In this document: positions 1 to 10,199 of the stretch, piece by piece | Layout of the letters: every line of letters starts with the position of its first letter | Position numbering within the stretch: the stretch's first letter is position 1 | Origin: Candidatus Latescibacterota bacterium | GTDB lineage: Bacteria > Latescibacterota > UBA2968 > UBA8231 | Length of the DNA: 64,000 nt | Reading direction: 5' to 3' | Assembly (NCBI GenBank): GCA_965223905.1 | Contig: CBDCXV010000010.1 | Coordinates: forward strand, 1,600,001-1,664,000 | The notes under the pieces: model-generated | Seen by the model: only the letters and a program-made list of their open reading frames with translations | What the model was told of the DNA's origin: nothing | Databases searched by the model: none | Made by a program: the position numbers and the translations under genes

Positions 1-1238
1 TCGTCGAACGCCGCCACGGCCATTTCCTGGCCCAGGAAGAGGCGGCCTGCCCCAAGTGCAAAGGCCTGCTGCGAGCGCGCCCGTCTCGCTCGCGCACGGT
101 GGAGACGCTGCTCGGGCCGGTGACCTTGGAGCGTCCCTATTTCTACTGCGTTGGCTGTCACCACGGGTTCTATCCGCTGGACGAGGCCCTGGGCCTGTCG
201 GCGCAGCGCAAGCAGTGGGACGTGCAGCAGGCCGGGGTCAAGCTGGGGCTGGAGATGCCCCACCGGCGCGCCGCCGAACTGTTGGACGAGCTCACCGACG
301 CGTCGATGAGCGATTGTGTGATTCACGAGGTGCTGCAACAGACCGGGTCGTTGGACGTGCTGCAGGTGTGTCCGGACGCGGCCGATATCCAGGATCGCAT
401 TGCGCAAGCCGCCGCCGGTCGCAAGTGGCGGCCGATCGTGGTGTTGGCCATCGACGCGGCCGACGTGCCCAGTCGTCCCCAGACCGCCAAAGGCACCCGT
501 CCCGGACGCAAGAAGAGCCGGGCTCGGCGAAGGCGTTGGCAGGGGGAATACCACGAAGCCAAGGGCTTTCGCTTCTACCTGATAGACGATGAGCGCATCG
601 AGCAGCTGATCTCCTGGCACCAGATGGGCAACGAACAGGCCTTCGGCGCGGCCTTGCGCCAGGTCAAGGAGGCGGGGCTGATCCCGGAGGATCAGGTGCG
701 CTTGTGTGCCATCGGAGATGGCGCTCCGTGGATCTGGAAGTGGGTGGAAGAGCTGTTCCCGAGCGCCCGTCAGATCCTCGACTACTACCATTGCAGCAGC
801 TACCTGCACGCGGTGGCCGAGGCCCAATACGGCGCCGATGCGGCGCGTGCTGCCCATTGGCTGGAAGCGACCCTGGCGCGCCTGTTCTGCGGCGAGGGCA
901 GCGGCGTGGTCTGGGGTCTGCAGCGCATGCAGCCGCTCTCGGAAGAGGCCGGAGAGGCCATCGGCACGGCCTTGACCTACCTGCAAAAGCGACTGCACCA
1001 GGTCGATTTCGGCAGCCATCGCAAGGGCGGATACCCGATCGGGTCGGGGGCGATCGAATCGGCGCATCGCTTCATCGGCCACGTTCGTCTGAAACGGTCG
1101 GGCGCTTGGTGGTATAAGGAAAACAGCAACGCCATTCTGGCCCTGCGCTGCGCCTTGTACAATGGAACGCTTGACCGGGTCTTTCAGCAGTACCGAGAAA
1201 ACCTAAAAACAACCACCGAAACCGTAACAATCAGCTAA
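1..1238 (+). CDS. ISKra4/ISLre2-like (UPF0236) DDE transposase, 5' end outside window
   Basis: Motifs YFYCxxCxxGFYPLD, AIDAA, GDGAPWIW, LDYYH, IGSGAIES, RLKRSGAWW; frame appears open back to the window start. Confidence 0.85.
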   Translation, partial: VERRHGHFLAQEEAACPKCKGLLRARPSRSRTVETLLGPVTLERPYFYCVGCHHGFYPLDEALGLSAQRKQWDVQQAGVKLGLEMPHRRAAELLDELTDASMSDCVIHEVLQQTGSLDVLQVCPDAADIQDRIAQAAAGRKWRPIVVLAIDAADVPSRPQTAKGTRPGRKKSRARRRRWQGEYHEAKGFRFYLIDDERIEQLISWHQMGNEQAFGAALRQVKEAGLIPEDQVRLCAIGDGAPWIWKWVEELFPSARQILDYYHCSSYLHAVAEAQYGADAARAAHWLEATLARLFCGEGSGVVWGLQRMQPLSEEAGEAIGTALTYLQKRLHQVDFGSHRKGGYPIGSGAIESAHRFIGHVRLKRSGAWWYKENSNAILALRCALYNGTLDRVFQQYRENLKTTTETVTIS

Positions 1239-1245
1239 GACACCC
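1..1245 (+). mobile_element. ISKra4-like IS, right part
   Basis: Transposase followed by ...TAAGACACCC, a plausible terminal IR; left end not in window. Confidence 0.55.
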
Positions 1246-1545
1246 TTCTCCTGACGAACCTTCACGAGAAGATTTTGTACACGTACAGGAAGAGGGCCAC
1301 ACTATCGGTCTATCAATTTTATTTTTTGACGGCGAGGGGGGAGGACTTCAGGGCATTTGGGGTTTGGAGGGAGGTGAGCTGGTGGCGGACCACGGAGATC
1401 ATATGGGTGATGCAACAAACTCGGGATATTGGATCATAGTCGAATACTTTGGTGATTGCTGCATTGATGATTCCAGTGCCGGGCCGACTACCTGGGGATC
1501 TCTGAAACGGGAATCGGTTAGCAAATAGGGCCGTGTCGCTGTTTC

Positions 1546-1618
1546 TTAGTCAATGGGATTCGAACCCGGGTAACCTTCGACTGCGACGCCGATGCTCTAT
1601 CATTTGAGCTACAGAGGC
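1546..1618 (-). pseudogene. tRNA-like relic
   Basis: Minus strand GCCTCTG-TA-GCTC-AAATGATA-GAGC-A-TCGGC-GTCGCA-GTCGA-AGGTTACCCGGG-TTCGAAT-CCC. D arm, anticodon stem and T loop recognisable; anticodon loop is 6 nt and the 3' acceptor strand does not pair. Confidence 0.5.
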
Positions 1619-2243
1619 TCAAAACGCCGTGGTCGGATGGGACCCCCATCTCCTGCTCTCTCCGATGAAACTGCTGGAGAAGCTGGCGGCTCTGGTTCTC
1701 CCGCCCCGGTTTCATCTCCTGCGCAACCACGGGGTCCTGGCGCCCCGGGCCCAGATCCGCGACCTCATCGTGCCGGCCCAACCGGTTGCCGAGCCGGCGG
1801 CGGCGGACGGCTCGGCGAGCGCTGCGTCCTGCGGCCATCGGCGGCGGTGGGCGACCCTGCTGGCGCGGGTGTTTTCCTCCGACCTCAGCGAATGCGCTGC
1901 CTGTGGCGGTCGCCTGAGAATCATCGCCGCCCTGACCGATCCGGCTTCGATCCGGACCTGTCTGGAGGGGGTAGGGCTGCCGGCGATGCCCCCGCCTGAG
2001 CCGCTGTTCGAGTTCGCCGCCTGACCTGCCTTCTCGACCCGTGGCCGTCGCCGGGTACGGCTGGGTGTGCCCTCAACGGTCCCTCAGGCCCCGGATTGAT
2101 CCGGATACGGGCCGACAGGCAACCAAACTACTGCGAGCTCGGTCGAAGGACTGGCAACGATCCTCAGGGGAGTTGCCAGACCCTTGCGGTACGCTCAGCG
2201 CCTTGACCGAGAGTCCAAAAAAGGTGCCTCATTTTACCTATAC
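1617..2243 (+). mobile_element. ISCR/IS91-family fragment A (tnpA 3' end + oriIS)
   Basis: KTPWSDG..., PPRFHLLR.HGVLAP, CAACGGRLRIIA, then conserved 3' UTR ending ATTTTACCTATAC, resembling the ISCR oriIS TTCCTATAC. Confidence 0.9.
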
Positions 2244-2909
2244 TTCGATCCCGAACTCAAGGCCGGAGACCTGCTGCTCGTAAACGAGCACACCTGGCAC
2301 AAAGCGCCGAGCGGCACTTCCTCGGAAGATCGGTGCGGAATCTTCAACAAGTATTGTGCAGTCGACGCGCCTCCAGCTGCTGGCTACTATCCGTATAGCC
2401 CGGCAGCCCTCGACGCCCTGAGTGATGCCGGCAAGCGTCTCATCCCCGTCTGTTTTGACAAACCGATCACGACGACGCGCCTTCTAATAGAGCATCCGTC
2501 CGGTCAGGAATCGAGATACCTGATGCTGCATGACGACGAGCACGACCGCTGGGAACTGCCGGGGGGAGAAGGCTGGGAAGAGGAAGGGGTTGGCTGGGAT
2601 ATCGGCGCGCGGATCGGCTCTCTGCAGGAACTCACAAAGACACAGCTCGGACTGGACATCCCGTGGATGTCCTACATCGAGGATGTTGAAACGAAAGACG
2701 GTGTCTGCCGACTGTACGGCTACTCCGATGAAACATTGCCTCCTGACCAACTGGCCCGCGATCGGCATGAGTGGTTCACGAAAGACCAGCTACGGCGACT
2801 CCTCGGTGAGAGCGACTGGATCTGTCGCGCCGTCCAGACCTGGAAGCGCCGGGATATCATTCGAGGCAAAGGCAAGGTGGTCCGCCAGAGCGAACGGCAG
2901 TTCGAGTGA
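2244..2909 (+). pseudogene. 5'-truncated PhyH-like C-terminus fused to NUDIX-like domain
   Basis: LKAGDLLLVNEHTWH and RWELPGG motifs; reading frame begins right at the oriIS junction. Confidence 0.55.
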
Positions 2910-3511
2910 CGCACACTGGCTTACCGACCGGCCACAGGATTCACATAGTTGGGAATAGCTGCGCTGGAAAAAGCACCTTGGGAGCGCAGCTGTCGGCCGC
3001 CCTCGGCGTCCCCTTGGTGGAGTTGGACGCGCTCAATTGGCAACCTGGCTGGGTTGCTCTGAGCGACACAAACCCCGAGGAACTCGAACGGAGAATAGGC
3101 GAAGCAACCCGTGGTGATGGATGGGTTGTGGCCGGCTCCTACATGCAATTTTCACAACGCATTTTCTGGCCACGCCTGGAGACGATCGCTGGCTGGATTT
3201 GCCCATGGTTCCACTCATCTGGCGAATGCTGATTCGATTCGTGGCGTCGCTGGCGGTCGCAGGAGCCGCTTTGGGGGACAAACTACGAGCGTTTCTGGCC
3301 CCAGCTCATGGTCTGGCGCAAGGAGGATTCGCTGCTATGGTGGATTGTCACGCAGCACCGGCGCACGCGTCGCAGTATGCTGGCATATACTACTGAATCG
3401 TCTTGGAACCACATACGATTTGTGCGTCTTAGATCTTCTGCTGAGGTCGGGGCGTTTTCACAGGCTGTGGCACTCAGGACTGACAGCCTGACAGGCCTCA
3501 ACGAGCTTTGA
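2906..3511 (+). pseudogene. Adenylate kinase/FlaR-like P-loop protein, frameshifted near 3190
   Basis: GNSCAGKST P-loop and ELDALNWQPGW; continuation W.DLP...RRW...W in other frames. Confidence 0.7.
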
Positions 3512-3528
3512 TCACATGAAGGAGTGAA

Positions 3529-4518
3529 GTGGAATACCGGAGGCTGGGCAATTTGGGTATCGAAGTCTCGGTGATGGGTCTGGGTTGCTGGCCCTTCGCG
3601 GGCGGCTCGATCTGGGGCGATCAGGACGACGATCAATCGATTGCGACGGTGCGCGCCGCACTGGACGCGGGCATCAACCTCTTCGACACGGCAGAGGCAT
3701 ACGAGAAGGGTGAGTCCGAGCGTGTTCTCGCACGTGGTCTGGAAGGGAGGCGCCAGCAGGCGGTGATCGCAACCAAGGTAGCCCCGAACCACCTGACTGC
3801 GGAAGGGATCGCGTCCGCCTGCGAGGAGAGCCTCAAAAATCTGAATACGGACTACATCGACCTGTACCAGATCCACTGGCCAAATCACGACATCCCGATC
3901 GACACGTCCTGGCGCGCGCTCGAGGATCTGGTGAGGGAGGGCAAGGTGCGCGCGCTCGGTGTCGCGAACTTCGCCGTCGGCGACCTGTCCGATCTGATCG
4001 AGGTTGGCCGGCCGGAGACGAACCAGCTGCCCTTCAGCCTTCTGTGGCGGGCAATCGAGTTTGAAATCCTGCCGCTCTGCCGCGAGAGCGCGATCGGGTT
4101 GATATGCTACAGTCCGCTGGCGCAGGGGCTGCTGACGGGAAGGTATGCGACGGCTGACGAGGTTCCGGAGGGGCTGGCCCGGACGCGATGGTATGCGAGC
4201 TCCCGCGCGCAGGCCGGACACGGCGAGCCGGGATGCGAGGCAGCTGTTTTCAGCGCCATCTCCGGCATTCGCGAGTTGAGCCGCCAGGTTGGCGCCCCGA
4301 TGGCGAGCGTGGCACTCGCCTGGGTGAGACAGCAGAGGGGAGTGACATCCTTCCTGGTCGGCGCCCGGGATGCGGACGAACTGGAGACCAACCTGCCGAC
4401 GCTTTCGTTGGAGCTCGACGCAGCTACGATGGCCGAGTTAGAGCGCCTGACACAACCTGTCAAAGACGCCATCGGCCGGAACCCTGACATGTGGATGTCC
4501 GACTCCCGGATGCGATGA
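3529..4518 (+). CDS. Aldo/keto reductase
   Basis: GINLFDTAEAY, IATK, DYIDLYQIHWP, YSPLAQGLLTG; RBS GAAGGAG. Confidence 0.92.
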   Translation: MEYRRLGNLGIEVSVMGLGCWPFAGGSIWGDQDDDQSIATVRAALDAGINLFDTAEAYEKGESERVLARGLEGRRQQAVIATKVAPNHLTAEGIASACEESLKNLNTDYIDLYQIHWPNHDIPIDTSWRALEDLVREGKVRALGVANFAVGDLSDLIEVGRPETNQLPFSLLWRAIEFEILPLCRESAIGLICYSPLAQGLLTGRYATADEVPEGLARTRWYASSRAQAGHGEPGCEAAVFSAISGIRELSRQVGAPMASVALAWVRQQRGVTSFLVGARDADELETNLPTLSLELDAATMAELERLTQPVKDAIGRNPDMWMSDSRMR

Positions 4519-4573
4519 GCCGGGCTGCGCCAGCGCCTCGGGGCTCGTTCGACCAAAGAGGAGGTAGGCGAAC

Positions 4574-4642
4574 ATGATCAAACAAACTCACACCGTCGTC
4601 GACATCGCCATCGTCTGCAGCGACTTCGACAAATCGCTATGA
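4574..4642 (+). pseudogene. 22-codon N-terminal remnant of a VOC/glyoxalase-family gene
   Basis: MIKQTHTVVDIAIVCSDFDKSL* after RBS GAGGAGG; ATGA overlap with the next gene. Confidence 0.45.
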
Positions 4643-5799
4643 AAGTCACGAAGATCGAGACCCTGCGGGCCAGCCGCTTTATCTACGTGCGGGTGCACAC
4701 TGACGAGGGCATAGCGGGGGTCGGCGAGTTGCACCCCGCAAGCGGCACCAGCGGCACGTCGTTTGCGCCCATTGCGGCGGTGGATTACTGCGCCGAGTAC
4801 CTGATCGGCAAGGATCCCCTCCACATTGAGCGCAACTGGCAGCACATGTTCCGCCGCTGCGTGTTTCGCGGCGGCGCAGACACCATGGCCGCGATCGGTG
4901 CAATCGACATCGCGCTATGGGACATCAAGGGCAAGGTAGCCGAGCTACCCGTCCATTCGCTGCTAGGCGGTCCTACGCGGGAGCGCGTGCGCGTGTACTC
5001 CCATCTGCAGGGCGATACCCCGGCGGAGTTGGCCGCAGACGCCCGGAGCATGGTCGAGGCCGGCTACACAGCCCTGCGCCTCTATCCGTTCGGGGCCTTT
5101 GCGTCCGGCGAGGGCACAAGCCTAGAACAACTGTCGTTCCGCGGCATGGCTAAGCACGCCGCGGCTACCTTGCAGGCGGTCCGCGACGCCGTGGGTGACG
5201 AGATCGATCTCATGGTCGACGTGGTCAACCGCCTCACGCCGCCGGAGGCCATCGAGGTGGCCAAGGCCCTTGAGCCCTATGGCCTGTTTTTTTTCGAGGA
5301 TCCCATCGAGCCCGAGAACATGGACGCGTGGGGCCATATCGCGGCAAATATGCCGGTGCCCGTGGCCATGGGCGAGCGGCTCTACACCACCTACCAGTTC
5401 CGCGAGTTGCTGGCCCACAAGGGGGCCTCGTACATCCGGCCGGACCTGTCGCTCGCCGGTGGAGTCACGAATTGCAAAAAGATCGCGGCGCTTGCCGAAG
5501 CAAGCTACGTGGGAGTCGCCCCGCACAACCCTCTGAGTTGCGTCCTGACCGCGGCGTGCGTGCAACTCGACGCCGCCATCCACAACGTCGCCATCCAGGA
5601 GTACCCGCGGGACGAGTACGATGCCCCGAAACGGGATCTGGTCGAGATGCCACTGCGACGCGAGGGCGGTTTCCTGATTGTGCCGCAGACTCCCGGCATT
5701 GGAATTGAACTGAACGACGAAGCGTTCCCGCACTATCCGCCTGTGCCCTATACCCGGTCGCCGGTGATTGGACCCGACGGCGCCCTGCGGGACTACTGA
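4639..5799 (+). CDS. Mandelate racemase/galactonate dehydratase-like enolase-superfamily enzyme
   Basis: AIDIALWDIKGK, FFEDP, MGERL, RPDL, PHNP, PGIGIELN. Confidence 0.9.
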   Translation: MKVTKIETLRASRFIYVRVHTDEGIAGVGELHPASGTSGTSFAPIAAVDYCAEYLIGKDPLHIERNWQHMFRRCVFRGGADTMAAIGAIDIALWDIKGKVAELPVHSLLGGPTRERVRVYSHLQGDTPAELAADARSMVEAGYTALRLYPFGAFASGEGTSLEQLSFRGMAKHAAATLQAVRDAVGDEIDLMVDVVNRLTPPEAIEVAKALEPYGLFFFEDPIEPENMDAWGHIAANMPVPVAMGERLYTTYQFRELLAHKGASYIRPDLSLAGGVTNCKKIAALAEASYVGVAPHNPLSCVLTAACVQLDAAIHNVAIQEYPRDEYDAPKRDLVEMPLRREGGFLIVPQTPGIGIELNDEAFPHYPPVPYTRSPVIGPDGALRDY

Positions 5800-5943
5800 T
5801 TAGAGCACCTTTGGACGCCACGGTATTCCACGCGGGCCCCGGCAGACGACTAGCGAAAAGCTCGGTACTCGTCCCGAGGCAAGTACCCTGTCCGCCCTCT
5901 TAGAGAACTGATAGATGCTATCGAGCATGAAGGTTGGAGGCGT

Positions 5944-7014
5944 ATGATCAGGCTGACTCAAATAACCTCAGAGCAGTTGGAGTGGTACAAAGAACAAACT
6001 GGGGGCTTCTATGGAATGGATTTCAATTTTGGAGGACCATCGGGATTTTTCGGCTTCTATGGCGAGTTTGCTATCTCCAGCGAAGGCCAGGTTGACTTGG
6101 CAAACCTCCTGGTAGCCCATTCTTGCGAACACGAGCAGGAGGAGATGATTGCCGAGATTAGTGCTCTGCGACAGACTATCATGGATGGTCTGTGGTCTGC
6201 TACATTGCGCCAGGAAAATCGCCTCGAAGCTGTCTGGGAGGAGTTTAAGTTGGAGTTTTTCTCCCAACCAACGCGCGATGGAACGGTCGCAACTCATTTG
6301 TTACTCTCACACGACGATCCCGCCATTTTTAGGAACTCCTTGCGGGCACGATCGGAACGCAGGAGGGGCTACTACCCCGTAAGTCCAGAGCAAGCCCCTG
6401 AACAGGCTGAGGCTGTTGACGTGGCGGAACTTGCGCGTCGCATTCAGGGCAAGCCACTAGTGGCGTTCACGGGCGCTGGGTTATCGGCCGCGGCAGGTAT
6501 TCCCGCGTTTGACGGGAAAGGTGGACTGCAGGAGCAATTCCCCATCGACAATTACCGTTTTCCCGGTGCTGTTGCCGATTGGATAATACACCGACCTCGT
6601 GAGACGGCTATAGTACTTGGAACATTCTATACCCGCTTTATGACAGCCAGCCCCACCGAAGCCCATGCGGCTCTTGCACAATTGGAGAAACACGGAATAC
6701 TGAAGCATATCATTACGGGCAATTTTGACGGGCTGCACGAATGGGCCGGTAGCCAAAAAGTGCATATAAACGAACCCAAGTACTTTAAAAGCTCAGACGA
6801 GGGCTGGGCTTGGATCGAGGAAGGTCAGGTAGCTTTGGTTGCAGGCGTGTCGATGGATGCAAATAACGGTCTGCTGGACTATGCCCGTGACAACGCCCTC
6901 CAAATCGTCGTTGTGGCTCCAGAAAGACCGGCCTTCATGCATGCACAGGACTGGTTTGTCGAGGGTCTTGCCGAGGATGTCTTGCCCGAACTGGCAAAGC
7001 TGCTCACCACCTGA
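5944..7014 (+). CDS. Sir2/sirtuin-domain protein with unknown N-terminal domain
   Basis: FTGAGLSAAAGIPAF, PTEAHAALAQL, ITGNFDGLHEWAGS; no CxxC zinc ribbon. Confidence 0.75.
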   Translation: MIRLTQITSEQLEWYKEQTGGFYGMDFNFGGPSGFFGFYGEFAISSEGQVDLANLLVAHSCEHEQEEMIAEISALRQTIMDGLWSATLRQENRLEAVWEEFKLEFFSQPTRDGTVATHLLLSHDDPAIFRNSLRARSERRRGYYPVSPEQAPEQAEAVDVAELARRIQGKPLVAFTGAGLSAAAGIPAFDGKGGLQEQFPIDNYRFPGAVADWIIHRPRETAIVLGTFYTRFMTASPTEAHAALAQLEKHGILKHIITGNFDGLHEWAGSQKVHINEPKYFKSSDEGWAWIEEGQVALVAGVSMDANNGLLDYARDNALQIVVVAPERPAFMHAQDWFVEGLAEDVLPELAKLLTT

Positions 7015-7044
7015 TCATGCACTAACCGCTTTCGCCAGAGCTTC

Positions 7045-8198
7045 TCAGGTGCCCTCCTCGACCTGGCGCGCCATCTGCGCCATATAGGCGGCTCGACCCA
7101 TGAGGTCTTTCTTGTAGTTCCAGCGCATCTTTTCCGGGTACATCACCAGGGAGCGATCCGCCAAGGGCAGGGACACCCGGGCGCCGCCCTGCCGGTGCGA
7201 TTGGCGCAGGGCCACGGCCAACTCCAGGGCATGGCGCAAATCGTCGCCGCTGGTGATTGCCAAGTCTCCGCCTTCTTCGAGGACGCGGACGATATCCTCG
7301 ACAATGGCCCGCATCACCGGCCCGGAATCCTGCCAGCCCTCGTCGTCGTACCCCCTCTCCTCCTCGGTGTATTGCTCGAACACCCCTTCCACCTCGACCA
7401 AAGGGGCCCCTCGACCGCTGTGCTTGAACAGGCGCAAACCTAGGGCCGTATTGTTCCAATTGCAGATCAGTCCCTCGCTGCCCACCACCTCGAGGCCGCG
7501 CCAGGCCGGGCCCGGGAAGCTGCTGAAGCACTCTATGCCATTGTCAAAGCGAATGTACCCGCCCACGCCGCCGAAACCAGTGGCTCCTTCCTCGTAGGGT
7601 TCCTCGTGATCGCTATGGGGATCGCCCTCGACCCGGCCGACGACCCACTCCGCCGGCGCCCTGGCGGCGAACTTGCGCGCCAAGTTCAAACCGTGGCAGC
7701 CACCCTGGCCGTTGCCGTCGTACAGATTGATGCCCTGCACTTGGCCAATCGCCCCCCCCCCCCCGCGCGCGGCCAACTCGCAGGCCCGGCGGTAGTCTGG
7801 ATGGCTCGACACCATGACGCCCGAGGCCAGATACACGCCCCGCCGCTGGCAGCTCTCCACCATGCGGTCGGCTGCGGACAGCCGGGCCGTCAGCGGTTTT
7901 TCGCAAAAGATGGCCTTGACCCCGGCCTGGGCCGCGGCCACTACTGCTCCGGCGTTGGCTCCCACCGGCAGCACTGGCATGGCGATATCGATCGACTCGC
8001 GTGCCAACATCTCCTCGTAGGTGGCGTAGCCGGGCACCCCGAAGCGGCGGCAACCCAGCGCCAGATTTTCCGCATCCGTATCGGCAATGGCCACCACCTC
8101 GCACAAGGGGTGCACATCAAAGGCCGGGCCCGACTGGTGCCGGCCCGTCCGCAGCCAATGACGCCGACCCGGTATTTGGCTTCTCGCTTTTCTCGCAT
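7045..8198 (-). pseudogene. Gfo/Idh/MocA oxidoreductase, frameshift near 8125
   Basis: YRVGVIGCGRAG in one frame; IFCEKPL and the rest in ORF 7045-8115. Confidence 0.75.
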
Positions 8199-8438
8199 GG
8201 AGAGCTGTCCTAGCTATTGGATTACTTGGGGAAATAGGGCAGTTCGAGACCGGATATGTGCTGCAGGATGCGGATCACCTGGGCGCTGTAGCCGTACTCG
8301 TTGTCGGGTACCACACGTACAGCACGCAGCGCTTGCCCTGGGTAATGGTCGCCCCCGAGTCGACGATGCCGCTTCTCTCATTGCCGACGAAGTCGCTCGA
8401 TACCACCTCGGGCGAGCTAGTGTAATCGATCTGGCCCC

Positions 8439-9336
8439 GTGTTTCTGCGCGTGGTGGGCCGTTGGTATCGGCGTCAGGCGCAGGCCATGGGCCATGACCG
8501 CGCGCGGTGGGGCTCGGTGACCTTCGTCCAAAGATTCGGTTCCTCCCTGAACCTCAATCCCCACGTACACGTGCTCATGCTCGACGGGGTCTACGTCGAT
8601 GGGGAGGACGCTCCGGTTTCCGTTCCGGCCCCGCCGTTGTCCGACCAAGCCGTTCAGCAGATCGTGGAGACGAGTGCGCGCCGCATCATCCGCTGGTGCA
8701 CGAAACGCGGCCTGCTCGACGACACCGCAGCGGATCCGCTCACCGACGAGGAGCCGGTGCTGGCGGCTCTCACCGCGGCTTCGGTGCGAGGGATCACCGC
8801 CACCGGGGCACGCGCCGGCCAACGCCCTGCGCCGGGTCCTGAAAGATCCGGCCACCGGGGTGCGTACGGCGCCCTTGTGCTTTGCTTCGCGCGGCTTTTG
8901 GCTGCATGCGGCAACGCGGATCGCAGGCCCTGACCGGCGGGGGCTCGAACGCTTGTGCCGCTACGTGGCCCGGCCGGCCCTGGCGGGAGGGCGTCTGCGC
9001 CTCGTCGATGCCGACCCTCTTTCCTTGGCGCTCAAAACGCCGTGGTCGGATGGGACCCGCCCTCTCCTGCTGTCGCCGATGGAACTGCTGGAGAAGCTGG
9101 CGGCTCTGGTTCCCCCGCCCCGGTTTCATCTCCTGCGCTACCACGGGGTCCTGGCCCCCCGGGCCCGGGCCCGCGACCGCATCGTGCCGGCCCAACCGGG
9201 TGCCGAGCCGGCGGCGGCGGACGGCTCGGCGAGCGCTGCGTCCTGCGGCCATCGACTGCGGTGGGGGACCCTGCTGGCGCGGGTGTTTTCCTCCGACCTC
9301 AGCGAATGCGCGGCCTGTGGCGGTCGCCTGAGAATC
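8439..9336 (+). mobile_element. ISCR/IS91-family fragment B (HUH motif through C-terminal CxxC; no oriIS; frameshift)
   Basis: QRFGSSLNLNPHVHVLMLDGVY (HUH), LERLCRYVARP (Tyr), RYHGVLAP. Confidence 0.9.
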
Positions 9337-9339
9337 TGA

Positions 9340-10183
9340 CACTGCGCTCGACCGTGCTGAAGACTTCCTCGAACAGTTTGGTGGGAAGTACGCAACAGCG
9401 GATGCTCAGCGGATCTTCGACGATCCGGAGATCGATGCGGTCATGATCCAGACGGGAGAATTACACCATCCCGCACTTGGCATAGCGGCTGCCCGGGCGG
9501 GGAAGCACATGTTCATCGAAAAGCCTATCGCCCGCACGCTCGCGGAAGCGGACAAACTGGTGCATGCTGTTCACGAAGCCGGGGTGAAATTCCAGTTGGG
9601 GTTCTGTTTCGAGTACTCACCAACAATTGAACGGGCAAAGCAGTTGATGCCACACCCGGCTTACTCCGTGTGCCAGTGTGCTGCGTCACTCACCGGTCAG
9701 GCCTGCCACAACATCGATCTGATCGTTCACAAGATCCATGATGCGCCACTCACAGCCGTATATGCCTCGGGCGGCAAGTATTTCGACTTCGAGCAGGATT
9801 TGCCCATCGACTCCTTCGCCGCGGTATTTCACTTTGACGATGGCTCTACATGCAGCTATGTACAGCATGGTGTGATGAATCCGCAGCTGAGCAAGTTCCA
9901 GTTCCAGCTTTTCGGTCCGGAGGGGTGTGTGTATGTAGCTGACCGCTTCCGTGAGGTGCTCTGGTATCCCGCGAGTGGTAGCCCTGCTGAGCCCCATCGC
10001 GACGATGTGCTCTACATGGGGCATCTACAAGAAATCGAAGACTTCACGCGATGTATCCTCGAGGATGACCTGCCTGTCAACACCGTGGACCGTGCGCGAT
10101 TCGTCCTCGCAGTAGAAAAAGCGCTCATCGAGAGCGCCACCACCGGTCGGGCTATCGCGGTCACACAACCGCAGATAGCTTGA
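9340..10183 (+). pseudogene. 5'-truncated Gfo/Idh/MocA oxidoreductase
   Basis: GKHMFIEKPIA, ACHNIDL; N-terminal Rossmann motif missing at the ISCR junction. Confidence 0.7.
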
Positions 10184-10199
10184 CTCGAAAGGGATCGTC

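Noticed and set aside
1546-1618. Functional tRNA
   Set aside because: Acceptor stem cannot form, anticodon loop is 6 nt and the T stem is weak; kept only as a relic
7752-7764. Long C homopolymer (also the G run near 36416-36425) as a phase-variation tract
   Set aside because: Cannot be distinguished from sequencing homopolymer error
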